57,753 nucleotides of DNA, taken from positions 1 through 57,753 of IMG/VR virus record IMGVR_UViG_3300037156_000089; one strand, written 5' to 3'. A program made the position numbers and the translations under genes. Every line of letters begins with the position of its first letter. The first letter of the stretch is position 1. Source of the DNA: a virus (Duplodnaviria > Caudoviricetes). The notes beneath the pieces are model-generated. The model was not told where the DNA came from, made no database searches, and saw nothing but the letters and a program-made list of their open reading frames with translations. Below, one piece after another: positions 1 through 7,970 of this stretch.

Positions 1-127
1 AGGAGAAGATCGAAGAGGCGGTTTTACCCATTGCGATCAAACAATCGGCCAGCGAATTAAGGGCTGAGCAGCTATCCGAGAAGCTCAAAGATTTCGAGGT
101 CAGCGTAGTTTCGAACTTCGTCTCGAA
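1..127. repeat. Terminal direct repeat, copy 1 (identical to 57627-57753); circular-contig overlap
   Basis: Exact 127-nt match of window start and end; an ORF reads through the junction. Confidence 0.97.
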
Positions 128-295
128 CACCGCCGTCCAACGCCTAGAAGGCCGGATGGACGAGGGCTTTAAGGGGATGCGCGATGAGGTGAGCGCGCTC
201 CGGGACATGCTGATTAAGAAGATGGCCGAGCCGTCGCCGCGATGATTTTGAATTGGCCCGGCTTCGGCCCGGCCTCCGCTGCCCCTTGGGGCGTG

Positions 296-484
296 TCAGC
301 GGGTGTTGAGAATGGACAGCAGAAGGAGACGCACGGCCTGCGAGCGTGACGGCTTCGGGGCCGGCTGCTCAGAAATCCACGCATCGATAGCGTCTAGCAA
401 ACGCCGCTCCATTCTGGACCGGACCATCTCGCTATCCTTACGAGGGCGACCTCGCGCTGTTTTTATGGGCTCATTTATTGACAT
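296..484 (-). CDS. Small ribbon-helix-helix (CopG/Arc-like) DNA-binding protein, paralogue of 49001-49186
   Basis: MSINEPIKTARGRPRKDSEMVRSRMERRLLDAIDAWISEQPAPKPSRSQAVRLLL: GRP hook plus RHH pattern; start reassigned to ATG at 484. Confidence 0.75.
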   Translation of the reverse strand: MSINEPIKTARGRPRKDSEMVRSRMERRLLDAIDAWISEQPAPKPSRSQAVRLLLLSILNTR

Positions 485-509
485 CTGGCAATTTATAAGC
501 CCATAAAAG

Positions 510-577
510 GCGGGCCGCAAGCGATTTACGAGATCGCAGGCGGCCCTAACCAGAGCAACGCTTGATAGGAGCGCGCC
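510..577 (+). promoter_or_regulatory. Structured leader (GGGCCGC..GCGGCCC hairpin plus RBS-occluding hairpin), copy 1 of 3
   Basis: Near-identical to 49212-49277 and related to 25454-25515; TTGACA upstream at 478-483. Confidence 0.7.
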
Positions 578-943
578 ATGGCTGACGTGATCGTTAGCAA
601 ACCCATCTCCGCATGTCCAAGGTGCGGTTCGCCACGAAAGCGCATTCGAACCACAGCCCGCCCCGTTTATGGGAAAATGGTGTGTGGAGTATGCGCAGGT
701 ACGCGGCTCAAAAAGCATCGAGAAAACAACAAAGATCGCGGTGTCTCTTCAGTTCAGAGGGCCGCGCACAAGGCGGTCGCAACGGCCGTCTTACATGGAA
801 TTCTGATGAGGCGTCCCTGCGAAGAATGCGGGGCCGAGGCAAATGTCCACGCTCATCATCATGACTATGCCCGGCCCTTGGATGTGCAATGGCTTTGTGC
901 CACGCATCACAAGGCCGAGCATCGGCGCGCCCGGTCGCTCTAA
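578..943 (+). CDS. HNH-type endonuclease with Zn-finger
   Basis: CxxC pairs; CEECG...HAHHHDYARPLDVQWLCATHH motif; AGGAG RBS. Confidence 0.75.
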   Translation: MADVIVSKPISACPRCGSPRKRIRTTARPVYGKMVCGVCAGTRLKKHRENNKDRGVSSVQRAAHKAVATAVLHGILMRRPCEECGAEANVHAHHHDYARPLDVQWLCATHHKAEHRRARSL

Positions 944-963
944 CCGGGGTTTCTCCCTAGACT

Positions 964-1001
964 GGCCCCTGTCTCACTTCGGTGGGGCAGGGGTCTTTTT
1001 G
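964..1001 (+). terminator. Rho-independent terminator between convergent transcription units
   Basis: GGCCCCTGTCTCAC-TTCG-GTGGGGCAGGGGTC followed by TTTTT. Confidence 0.85.
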
Positions 1002-1016
1002 CGTTGGGCATGGTCA

Positions 1017-1295
1017 TCAGCCGCCATCGCTGGCTTCGGGCGGGGCGGAGAGCGGATGCCTGCGCGCGATGAATGCAGAAAGCCGACGCCGCAATTTCGC
1101 GAACCGATCCGAGTCCATTGAATGGTAATGGCAGCGTTGGCCGGGATAGCGATCCTCGGGGATGGCTTCTTCGCACTCGCAACGTGCTCGGATCGCAGAT
1201 CGCGCTAGCGCGTTATAGGCGGCCTTCTTCGTGAAGTAGCGTCGGCCAGCGGCCTTATAGGCAACCGCCGCCACGCGCAAGATTACGTCGCTCAT
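1017..1295 (-). CDS. Hypothetical phage protein (Cys/His-containing), last gene of left arm
   Basis: Start at 1295 behind GGGAGAG RBS; MSDVILRVAAVAYKAAGRRYFTKKAA. Confidence 0.65.
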   Translation of the reverse strand: MSDVILRVAAVAYKAAGRRYFTKKAAYNALARSAIRARCECEEAIPEDRYPGQRCHYHSMDSDRFAKLRRRLSAFIARRHPLSAPPEASDGG

Positions 1296-1296
1296 C

Positions 1297-1650
1297 TCAC
1301 TCTCCCTTGGGCGCAGCGGACGGGGTGTATCGGCACTTCTCGTTGCAGAGCCAGTCGTTACATGGTGGGCATCCATCCACGCATTTGCGCGGCGCGGCGG
1401 ACGGGGCGGAAGCATCAGTCCAAGGCGTGATTTGCATGATGCTCACGCGCGGATTGTAGAGTTCGAGCGCAGTCTGCCAGTCCGCATGCGTCATGTTCTT
1501 TTCGCTCCGCATTTCATCGCCGTTAGCAAAGCGCACTTCCACGCCGATGGCGCGCAGAGCAATCTCGATCTCACCTGCAATCGCGCTTTTGCCTGATGCG
1601 ACTGGTCCAGCGATGATGATTGTGATGTCGTTTCTGCGAGGTTCGGTCAT
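1297..1650 (-). CDS. Hypothetical protein with degenerate P-loop (GPVASGKS)
   Basis: RBS GGGAGA before ATG 1650; upstream in-frame start at 1713 also possible. Confidence 0.6.
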   Translation of the reverse strand: MTEPRRNDITIIIAGPVASGKSAIAGEIEIALRAIGVEVRFANGDEMRSEKNMTHADWQTALELYNPRVSIMQITPWTDASAPSAAPRKCVDGCPPCNDWLCNEKCRYTPSAAPKGE

Positions 1651-1709
1651 TTCATCTCTCCCTTGGGCGGCGGCTTCGTGCCGCGTCATGAGTTTGGGGA
1701 CGTCCTGGC

Positions 1710-2084
1710 TCATGCGGCGGGCTCCTTGGCTGCGGCGTTAGCAAGTTCGAGCAGAACGTCCGCATGGCAGGCCATATCCGGCGCACAAAAACAGGCGAGG
1801 TTCTTGCCGCGAAGCTCGCCCATTCGGCGCAACAAGGTGCCCCGCTGAACCTGCGTTCCCGCATAGGCGCCGCAGCTCTCGAATTGCTCGCCATCTGAAC
1901 AGGCTAGCCATTGGCGAAACCAATCTACGGCGAACCTATGGGCAGACTCGCGGCCACAATCGAACACCTCGGCGGCGCTCTGCACGGTGAATGGGTTGCC
2001 GAACGGGGTGCCCCGAGTTACGGCAACCGTATTCTCCGGCATTTTCCAACCCTTCGTACGTTTCCGTTGGATGCGGTCAACCAC
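1710..2084 (-). CDS. DUF4326-family protein
   Basis: RIQRKRTKGWKMPENTVAVTRGTPFGNPF...LRGKNLACFC...CHADVLLELAN; GTG start. Confidence 0.85.
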   Translation of the reverse strand: MVDRIQRKRTKGWKMPENTVAVTRGTPFGNPFTVQSAAEVFDCGRESAHRFAVDWFRQWLACSDGEQFESCGAYAGTQVQRGTLLRRMGELRGKNLACFCAPDMACHADVLLELANAAAKEPAA

Positions 2085-2586
2085 GGGCGGCCTCCTTGGC
2101 AATGAGGGCGGAGAGAACGAGGGGGCGCTGAACATGCTTCCAAATCCTGCAACGCCGGATGCCGGAAATCTCGGTAGGCGTCACGCCAAAGTCGAAGGCT
2201 ATAGCCTTTCCCTGCTCGCCATTGGCTAATCTCGCGAGAATCTCTGACACCTTTTTTTCGTCCAGCTTTGCAAACGGATTGCCGCTCCCGCGCAGGGTCT
2301 CACGATGAATAAACCCGCCGGTCTTTTCACGTGGCGCGACCGGCGTTACCTGCCTATGGCATTTCACGCATAGCCACTGGACCTCTGTCGGGTGCTCATA
2401 GCCTTTGTAGTGATGACCTTGGATCAGCGAACGGCCATCAATCCCTCGTGGGGGCTGGACTTCGCACCTCGAGCAGATCTCAGGCTTTATGATAAGCCCG
2501 CGGTTGACGAGTGACCGCACGATCCGGCGGGCGACCCCTTGGCTCACCCGCTCGCGCAGGGCCGTGAGTGTTGCAAGATCAGCCAT
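2077..2586 (-). CDS. HNH-type endonuclease with C-terminal HTH
   Basis: CSRC..QGHHYKGYEHPTEVQWLCVKCH; GSGNPFAKLDEKKV..IAFDFGVT tail. Confidence 0.7.
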   Translation of the reverse strand: MADLATLTALRERVSQGVARRIVRSLVNRGLIIKPEICSRCEVQPPRGIDGRSLIQGHHYKGYEHPTEVQWLCVKCHRQVTPVAPREKTGGFIHRETLRGSGNPFAKLDEKKVSEILARLANGEQGKAIAFDFGVTPTEISGIRRCRIWKHVQRPLVLSALIAKEAARG

Positions 2587-3382
2587 GCGCCGCCTCCATG
2601 TGCTGGACCGTCATGCGGTCGATGTTCTCGCGGTGAACGGTGAATGTGTAGGCCGCAACCCACTGGTTCGCCTCCCACGCGCCGGAGCCGTTGATCGAGT
2701 TCCAGAGCGTGCGGTAGGAGGCCCGCCCGATCTCATCCTCCGGCACATAGACGCTAGGATCGGTGTAACAATCCGGCCCGCCCCACATGCAGAACCACCC
2801 ATCCGACTTGGAATAATTGCGGACGGCAAGAGCTTGATCCCAAACGTCGGTCTCGATGCCCTCGGCCAAAGCGTCTTCCTCGCTGATCTCCTGTAACCGC
2901 TGCACGCGAACGTCGGTCACAGCCAGCGTCAGGCGCGAGTTCGCACGCGGCATGTGGATCGAGGGACGCCATCGAATGTCGCTTGCCGGGGGCACGTTCT
3001 CGTATTGAGGCGAGACGCATTCTGGATAGTCGGCGCGCGTAACGTAAAGGGCGGGATCACCGGAGCCGACGAACGCATGGGCCTCGCGCACCCAGAGGCG
3101 GTCGCCGATCTGAATTGGCATGGCCATGCAAGTGCCCGTGGTGCGATGCCAGATAGCAGCTTGCTCCGGCGCCGGGACACGCTCTCTGTGCTTACCGATC
3201 GTGAAACACCCCCCGCCGCCGTGGGTTGTTGCTTCCCATCCGCCCATGTCGGGACGCTCATAAATAGGGCCGCCAGAGTGGGTCTTCGTCGGAAGCTTCA
3301 GGACGCGCCGGGTTTGCGTTTTGCGGCCGGCGAGCAACGCCTGGATCATCGGCGCGGAGAAGAGAATGGGGCGATCAGCCAT
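2579..3382 (-). CDS. ASCH/PUA-like conserved phage protein
   Basis: MADRPILFSAPMIQALLAGRKTQTRR; GDRLWVRE; WRPSIHMPR; VRVQRLQEISEEDALAEG. Confidence 0.85.
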   Translation of the reverse strand: MADRPILFSAPMIQALLAGRKTQTRRVLKLPTKTHSGGPIYERPDMGGWEATTHGGGGCFTIGKHRERVPAPEQAAIWHRTTGTCMAMPIQIGDRLWVREAHAFVGSGDPALYVTRADYPECVSPQYENVPPASDIRWRPSIHMPRANSRLTLAVTDVRVQRLQEISEEDALAEGIETDVWDQALAVRNYSKSDGWFCMWGGPDCYTDPSVYVPEDEIGRASYRTLWNSINGSGAWEANQWVAAYTFTVHRENIDRMTVQHMEAAHG

Positions 3383-3647
3383 TGGGCTTCTCCCCGTTGC
3401 TAGCGAGTGCGCGGATGGATGCGGCGATAGCCTCCGCAACCTCACAACCCTCGTGCGCGTTTTCCTCCGCCACCCTAGCCGCCTCATCCAGCGCGGCCGC
3501 CCGTATCAGCGGAGCGACTGCGGAGAGGATGTTCCGCACATCATCACCATCGACATACCCTCGCGTGACTATGCACCTCGGTGCATCGGCGGCTTTTAAG
3601 CCTGCCTCGATCCACTCGCTCTCGATCTTCATGGGGGCGCGAGTCAT
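3375..3647 (-). CDS. Hypothetical phage protein
   Basis: Overlap-coupled ORF; AALDEAARVAE..IAASIRAL motif common in phage early genes. Confidence 0.65.
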   Translation of the reverse strand: MTRAPMKIESEWIEAGLKAADAPRCIVTRGYVDGDDVRNILSAVAPLIRAAALDEAARVAEENAHEGCEVAEAIAASIRALASNGEKPNG

Positions 3648-3895
3648 TGAACTAATCCTTTCCGACCCTCAACACGCAGATCAAATTCCTCGGATGAGCC
3701 CCAACCATCTCCGGGGCCGAGCAGTCGAATATTCACCAGATATCCAGCGATCAAATCGTTCTCAGATCGAAGCCAAACCGTTTGGTCTGCCAGGGCATAA
3801 TGGCTGCGCGCAATATGATCTTCGCTGTGATGCCCACCCCATACGTCGTAGCGGAGAACCCGTCCGTCAGTTTCGATCTTCATGGGGGCGCTCAT
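3644..3895 (-). CDS. Hypothetical phage protein
   Basis: ATGA overlaps; begins MSAPMK. Confidence 0.6.
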   Translation of the reverse strand: MSAPMKIETDGRVLRYDVWGGHHSEDHIARSHYALADQTVWLRSENDLIAGYLVNIRLLGPGDGWGSSEEFDLRVEGRKGLVQ

Positions 3896-4122
3896 GACGG
3901 ACGACCTCCTGCATTGATGCATTCAGTAAGATATTCGGCCGCAGCTTTTGCAGCCCGAAGCGCACCTTGGCGGTCGTTGACATCGAGCTTCTCAAGAGCT
4001 TGTTTTGCGGTCAGTCCGGGCGGACGGCGCAGATCAAAGCAGGCTTCGACGATGCGCGCCGCAAGTTCGGCGGAATCGATCTCAGCAATGAAGTCGCATT
4101 TCTTCTTCATGGGGGCGCTCAT
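3892..4122 (-). CDS. Hypothetical phage protein
   Basis: ATGA overlaps; begins MSAPMK. Confidence 0.6.
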   Translation of the reverse strand: MSAPMKKKCDFIAEIDSAELAARIVEACFDLRRPPGLTAKQALEKLDVNDRQGALRAAKAAAEYLTECINAGGRPS

Positions 4123-4658
4123 GTGGAAAACCGTTGCGTCGGGTTGAAGGGGTGAAATTTTGCTTTAGCTACATCGCGCGCGGCTACGGCTTCATCCTTT
4201 GTGCGGAAATAGCCGAGGTTCTTCCACTCGCGCCTGACCCGTATTCGAGCATGGAATTTTCTCTTGCCGCTATGGAAATAGAAGCCAGGGTGTCCACTCG
4301 AATTATTTGAGCCAACTTTGTAGTTCTGGCAGTTCTCCAAATGTGATGCCTCTCTCAGATTGCACAGACGATTATCGCTCTTAGCGCCGTTAATATGGTC
4401 GATCTCATCGGCGGGCCAATTCCCATTTGAGAACAACCAAGCAAGCCTATGAGCCCGATATTTATGGCCATAAATTCTGATAGTGACGTAACCTCGTCCA
4501 TCATCAGACCCAGCTTGAGAGCCTGCATATCTAGTATTCCAACATTTATCGTAACGACTTACCCCGCGACGGAGAATCCACTTAAAGACTCCCGTCTCAG
4601 GATCGTATTGGAGTAATTGGCGTAGGGCCTCTGCCGTGAGATCCGACTTTCCAGTCAT
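4119..4658 (-). CDS. HNH endonuclease with AP2-like domain
   Basis: LQYDPETGVFKW; YRAHRLAW; IDHINGAKSDNRLCNLREA; LGYFRTKDEA; AT-richer than flanks. Confidence 0.9.
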   Translation of the reverse strand: MTGKSDLTAEALRQLLQYDPETGVFKWILRRGVSRYDKCWNTRYAGSQAGSDDGRGYVTIRIYGHKYRAHRLAWLFSNGNWPADEIDHINGAKSDNRLCNLREASHLENCQNYKVGSNNSSGHPGFYFHSGKRKFHARIRVRREWKNLGYFRTKDEAVAARDVAKAKFHPFNPTQRFST

Positions 4659-4891
4659 GTGCGGGGCTCCGGCTTCCTAAACGCCGCGCGTCCCTTGGTC
4701 GTCAGAGCCCAAAGTGTCCCGCCAGCTTCGATCCCTCGGTCGGATGAAAATGCGTCGATATCGTCATCGGTGACTGCCCTCAAGTGAGCGAACCCCGCTT
4801 TCTCCATCCGCTCGATGAAGTTGTCGGGCACCGGATCCGCATCGCAGAAATTGTTCCAGTGCGCTCTTAGGTCTGCTGCTGCACGGCTCAT
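4655..4891 (-). CDS. Hypothetical protein (small wHTH-like)
   Basis: ATGA-coupled; WALTTKGRAA ending. Confidence 0.6.
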   Translation of the reverse strand: MSRAAADLRAHWNNFCDADPVPDNFIERMEKAGFAHLRAVTDDDIDAFSSDRGIEAGGTLWALTTKGRAAFRKPEPRT

Positions 4892-5109
4892 GTGCGATCC
4901 TCGCTGGCTGCGGGCGGGGCGGAGCGTTCATACTTCACACCACAGAAGGGGCAGAAACTCGCCATCAGGACCGGCGTCCGCTTCCCTCTAATTTTCTTCT
5001 CGGTGTAAGTCTCGACGCACGCTTCTGGCGGGCCGAACAGGCTGGACATCACCACTGCTCCGTAGGGCTTGAGAAGTTCATTGGTATTTTTGATGCAATC
5101 GCACTTCAT
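4888..5109 (-). CDS. Small Zn-binding phage protein
   Basis: MKCDCIK...ASFCPFCGVKY; start behind GGGAGAG RBS. Confidence 0.7.
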   Translation of the reverse strand: MKCDCIKNTNELLKPYGAVVMSSLFGPPEACVETYTEKKIRGKRTPVLMASFCPFCGVKYERSAPPAASEDRT

Positions 5110-5110
5110 C

Positions 5111-6136
5111 TCACTCTCCCTTGGGCGCGGCGGACTTGAATGTGCTGCATTGGCAGTATTTGCATCCAACCGCAGCCCACTCTTCGTAAGAGTCGAAATG
5201 CCGCTCATATGGATGCCCGCATTCACAGACGGCCTGTTGATCGTGGCTCGGATCGTAAACTCCCTTGGGCGCGGCGGACGGGGGCTGCTGGGGGTTAAAC
5301 GGCCTATTGGGGTAGGGCTGACCCGCACCCGGCTTTCCCATCTTAGAACCCTCCGGCGCGCCCTGAGCGGGCTGCGGCGAAGCAGCACATTCTGGGCAAG
5401 GCTCGCTGCGATACCCCGCCTCTGCATGATCGAATCCGCCGATTTCTCCGCGTCCTTCGCACATTTGACAGTGCAGCGGCGATGCGGAGAGGGCGGCAAT
5501 TGCGTGATAGCTCAAATCCCTACGGTCGAACGCCGGTCCATGAGGATGCGGCTTGTAGATTTCCGGGTTTGCGTACCATTCCAGCGCCTTCCGCAGATCC
5601 CCGCACTCGCACGGGTTGGCCTGCGCGGCGGATCGGAGTGAGGCGGCAAAGGAAACCGAATAGTCCCGTGCGATTTTCTCGATTACTGCCGCTTCCATCG
5701 CCCCGCAGGAGCGGGGGGAGGGGAGAACCGCAGCACGCAGCGCGGATCGCAATTTGTCGCGCTCCGCATAAAGCTCGTCTAATTGGTCTATGGCTTTGTC
5801 GAGGGTCTGACTGACGGCATCCCTTTCGGCTATCACGCTCGCCAGCGTCGAACCGTCTTGTGTATAAGAAACCGGGGTTGGTGATACACAAGCCGCGTTG
5901 CTTACAATGGGAGACACACAAGCGAGCGTCGGTGCGCCAGCGGTCTCAGGCGTGATGCCGAGGGCGGCGTCGATGAAGTCCACAACCGTTTCGTTTGGGT
6001 GATCGTCTGGCATCCAGAGGGTATCGGTCACGATGCCGAACGGTGCTTCCATGATGGCGCGGCGAACTTCGGCCAACGCCTTCCGCGCGACGGCCTCGCG
6101 CGTCGCTTCGTAGTCAGATGTATCGTGCAAGGACAT
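5111..6136 (-). CDS. Mosaic multi-module early protein (Ea22/Eaa-style) with coiled coil and Cys modules
   Basis: LRKALEWYA, CQMC..CPEC and CECGHPYERHFD modules joined by SAAPKG-type linkers. Confidence 0.7.
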   Translation of the reverse strand: MSLHDTSDYEATREAVARKALAEVRRAIMEAPFGIVTDTLWMPDDHPNETVVDFIDAALGITPETAGAPTLACVSPIVSNAACVSPTPVSYTQDGSTLASVIAERDAVSQTLDKAIDQLDELYAERDKLRSALRAAVLPSPRSCGAMEAAVIEKIARDYSVSFAASLRSAAQANPCECGDLRKALEWYANPEIYKPHPHGPAFDRRDLSYHAIAALSASPLHCQMCEGRGEIGGFDHAEAGYRSEPCPECAASPQPAQGAPEGSKMGKPGAGQPYPNRPFNPQQPPSAAPKGVYDPSHDQQAVCECGHPYERHFDSYEEWAAVGCKYCQCSTFKSAAPKGE

Positions 6137-6344
6137 TGCCATCTCCATTCAACCGGACGCGTTTGTTGTCATGATCGAACTCAACGAGTTCCGCTGGCAC
6201 GTCTGTCGTCACGAGATTCCAAAGAATTCCACTCACCTGGCGCCATCCGTCGCCAATGTCTGGGCTCCTCATGATGAGTTTCAGTGTGCCGCTCTCCTTG
6301 CTCGAAAGCCTCAAACTCTCGCGCTTTGATTCGTTGTCAGTCAT
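6114..6344 (-). CDS. Hypothetical phage protein
   Basis: AGGAGG RBS; SPDIGDGWRQVS. Confidence 0.65.
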   Translation of the reverse strand: MTDNESKRESLRLSSKESGTLKLIMRSPDIGDGWRQVSGILWNLVTTDVPAELVEFDHDNKRVRLNGDGNVLARYI

Positions 6345-7044
6345 GCGAGACCTCCTGTTGGGCGCCGGTAGCGTTGCTTATCGCCACACGGCAAACATCG
6401 CGCATGACGGCGCCGTCGGGATGAACAGACAGCCACCACTCAAGCCGAACGACCACGTCAAGCAAGTCACTATCAACCTGCGGGAGAGCACGCTTTGATG
6501 TCTGGATATGCTTCGATGATCTCGACATTGATCGCCCGTCCAACATCATCAAGCATTCGGGGGCGTCTTGGACGGAAGGACATCCGTCCTCAGAAATTGT
6601 CAGCACTGTCAGGAGCGAGGTAGGCCGAGCGTCCATGAACTCGCGGAGCGTCTTTGCCATCACGGCGATGGGCCATGGGCCTTTCATATCTGGAACACAG
6701 CCCGGATCGCGAACAATGATCCAGAACCGACCCTGCGCGACGGATTCGCGCTTCGCTTCGTAGTTGGTCGGGGGACTCGCCAGCGTCGGTACGTTCACTA
6801 CAAAGCCGCCGCACTTCTTGCAGAACTTCCCCGACTCACCCTCTGCGCTGTAGGGCTCCCAATCATGGATGCACTTCTCAAACGAAACCTTCCACATTTC
6901 ATTGCACCCGCCGCACCAGAAGCTTGTGTCCAAAGCTGGTGAATGAGCATTGCTAATTGGCGCTGTCTTTTCGCAATGCTCGCAGATGAAGGTTTCTTCG
7001 GATTCCGTAATCGCAGTTTCTGGCGTCGGTTCATTCTCGGTCAT
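6337..7044 (-). CDS. Hypothetical mosaic protein with Cys-rich N-terminus
   Basis: GGGAGG RBS before ATG 7044; CxxC motifs. Confidence 0.6.
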   Translation of the reverse strand: MTENEPTPETAITESEETFICEHCEKTAPISNAHSPALDTSFWCGGCNEMWKVSFEKCIHDWEPYSAEGESGKFCKKCGGFVVNVPTLASPPTNYEAKRESVAQGRFWIIVRDPGCVPDMKGPWPIAVMAKTLREFMDARPTSLLTVLTISEDGCPSVQDAPECLMMLDGRSMSRSSKHIQTSKRALPQVDSDLLDVVVRLEWWLSVHPDGAVMRDVCRVAISNATGAQQEVSHD

Positions 7045-7054
7045 TGTGGCCTCC

Positions 7055-7444
7055 CTATTGATCGACAAACATCGGGCGTGGACAGCCCAGCGGGTTCAAG
7101 TTCTTGCGGGCCTTCTCAGCTTTCTTCATCAGCGCGGACTCGATCTTCTTCGTGTCCTCACGCTTGATCCCCAGCGCGGCCTTCTTTTGCGCCTTGGCTT
7201 TGACGATCCGTTCCATGTCGGATTCGGTCTTGACCTCGGCGCATACACGATGCGCGGGGCCGCGGTTGGCCATTTCGTTGCTGCCGCCAAGTGCAAGCGG
7301 GCGAATGTGTTCGTCTATCCATGGATCGCCAGCGCGGATCAGCGTCTTGCAAATGCAGCAGAGGCCGGAATGAGCCTCGAACATTTTAAGCCGTTGCGTT
7401 GGCGTCAGGGGCTTTCGGACAGTGGTCCCGACGTCGGTCGTCAT
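7055..7444 (-). CDS. HNH endonuclease
   Basis: CCICK...DEHIRPLALGGSNEMANRGPAHRVC. Confidence 0.85.
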   Translation of the reverse strand: MTTDVGTTVRKPLTPTQRLKMFEAHSGLCCICKTLIRAGDPWIDEHIRPLALGGSNEMANRGPAHRVCAEVKTESDMERIVKAKAQKKAALGIKREDTKKIESALMKKAEKARKNLNPLGCPRPMFVDQ

Positions 7445-7647
7445 TTGGGCTGATCCTCCCACTTCGGAACGGCGGGCGCGGTCGGAGCCGATGGCGTGAT
7501 GCGAAGGCGGTAGAGGGGCTTGTAGTGGAAGGCCTTTGCCGCAAAATCGGCGCGCTGCTCTCCGGCTGCTCGGGTGAGGGCTTCGTATTCACCCACGAAC
7601 TGGTCGCCGATCGTGTCCCTGTAGACGGTGCGGAAATGGGGCTGCAT
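7441..7647 (-). CDS. Hypothetical protein
   Basis: Overlap-coupled ORF in operon. Confidence 0.55.
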   Translation of the reverse strand: MQPHFRTVYRDTIGDQFVGEYEALTRAAGEQRADFAAKAFHYKPLYRLRITPSAPTAPAVPKWEDQPK

Positions 7648-7967
7648 CAGAAGCCCTCCACTTTCGCGAGGGCTTGATCGATCTTGTTCCGGGCCATCGG
7701 TGGGATGGTCGGCAAGCCATCGCGGCGGCAGTCTTCGTCCGCGTCGCGAACCATGATCAGGGCTTCGAGTAGATCGGGCGCGGCTGCGATCAGGCGGGCG
7801 TTTGCTTCTTCTTCGGCGCGCGTGAAGACGCTAAATTGCAAAGGCTTTCCGAAGACGATCGCGACAGCAGATCCCATGGAGTTGTTGCAATAGACGTATC
7901 CAGGTTGACCATTCCCAATTTCCCCGACTTCCCACGGCCCGGCTGTGTGCGTCACTTGCTCGCTCAT
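7647..7967 (-). CDS. Conserved phage protein (HTPGPW / ANARLIAAAPDLL family)
   Basis: HTAGPW and ANARLIAAAPDLLEAL motifs. Confidence 0.8.
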   Translation of the reverse strand: MSEQVTHTAGPWEVGEIGNGQPGYVYCNNSMGSAVAIVFGKPLQFSVFTRAEEEANARLIAAAPDLLEALIMVRDADEDCRRDGLPTIPPMARNKIDQALAKVEGF

Positions 7968-7970
7968 CAA

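Noticed and set aside
1297-1650. ParA or kinase from GPVASGKS
   Set aside because: Too short and lacks the remaining NTPase motifs
1292-5284. CRISPR array from the recurring ~30-nt repeats
   Set aside because: Irregular spacing (hundreds to thousands of nt), repeats are coding/RBS sequence, no cas genes
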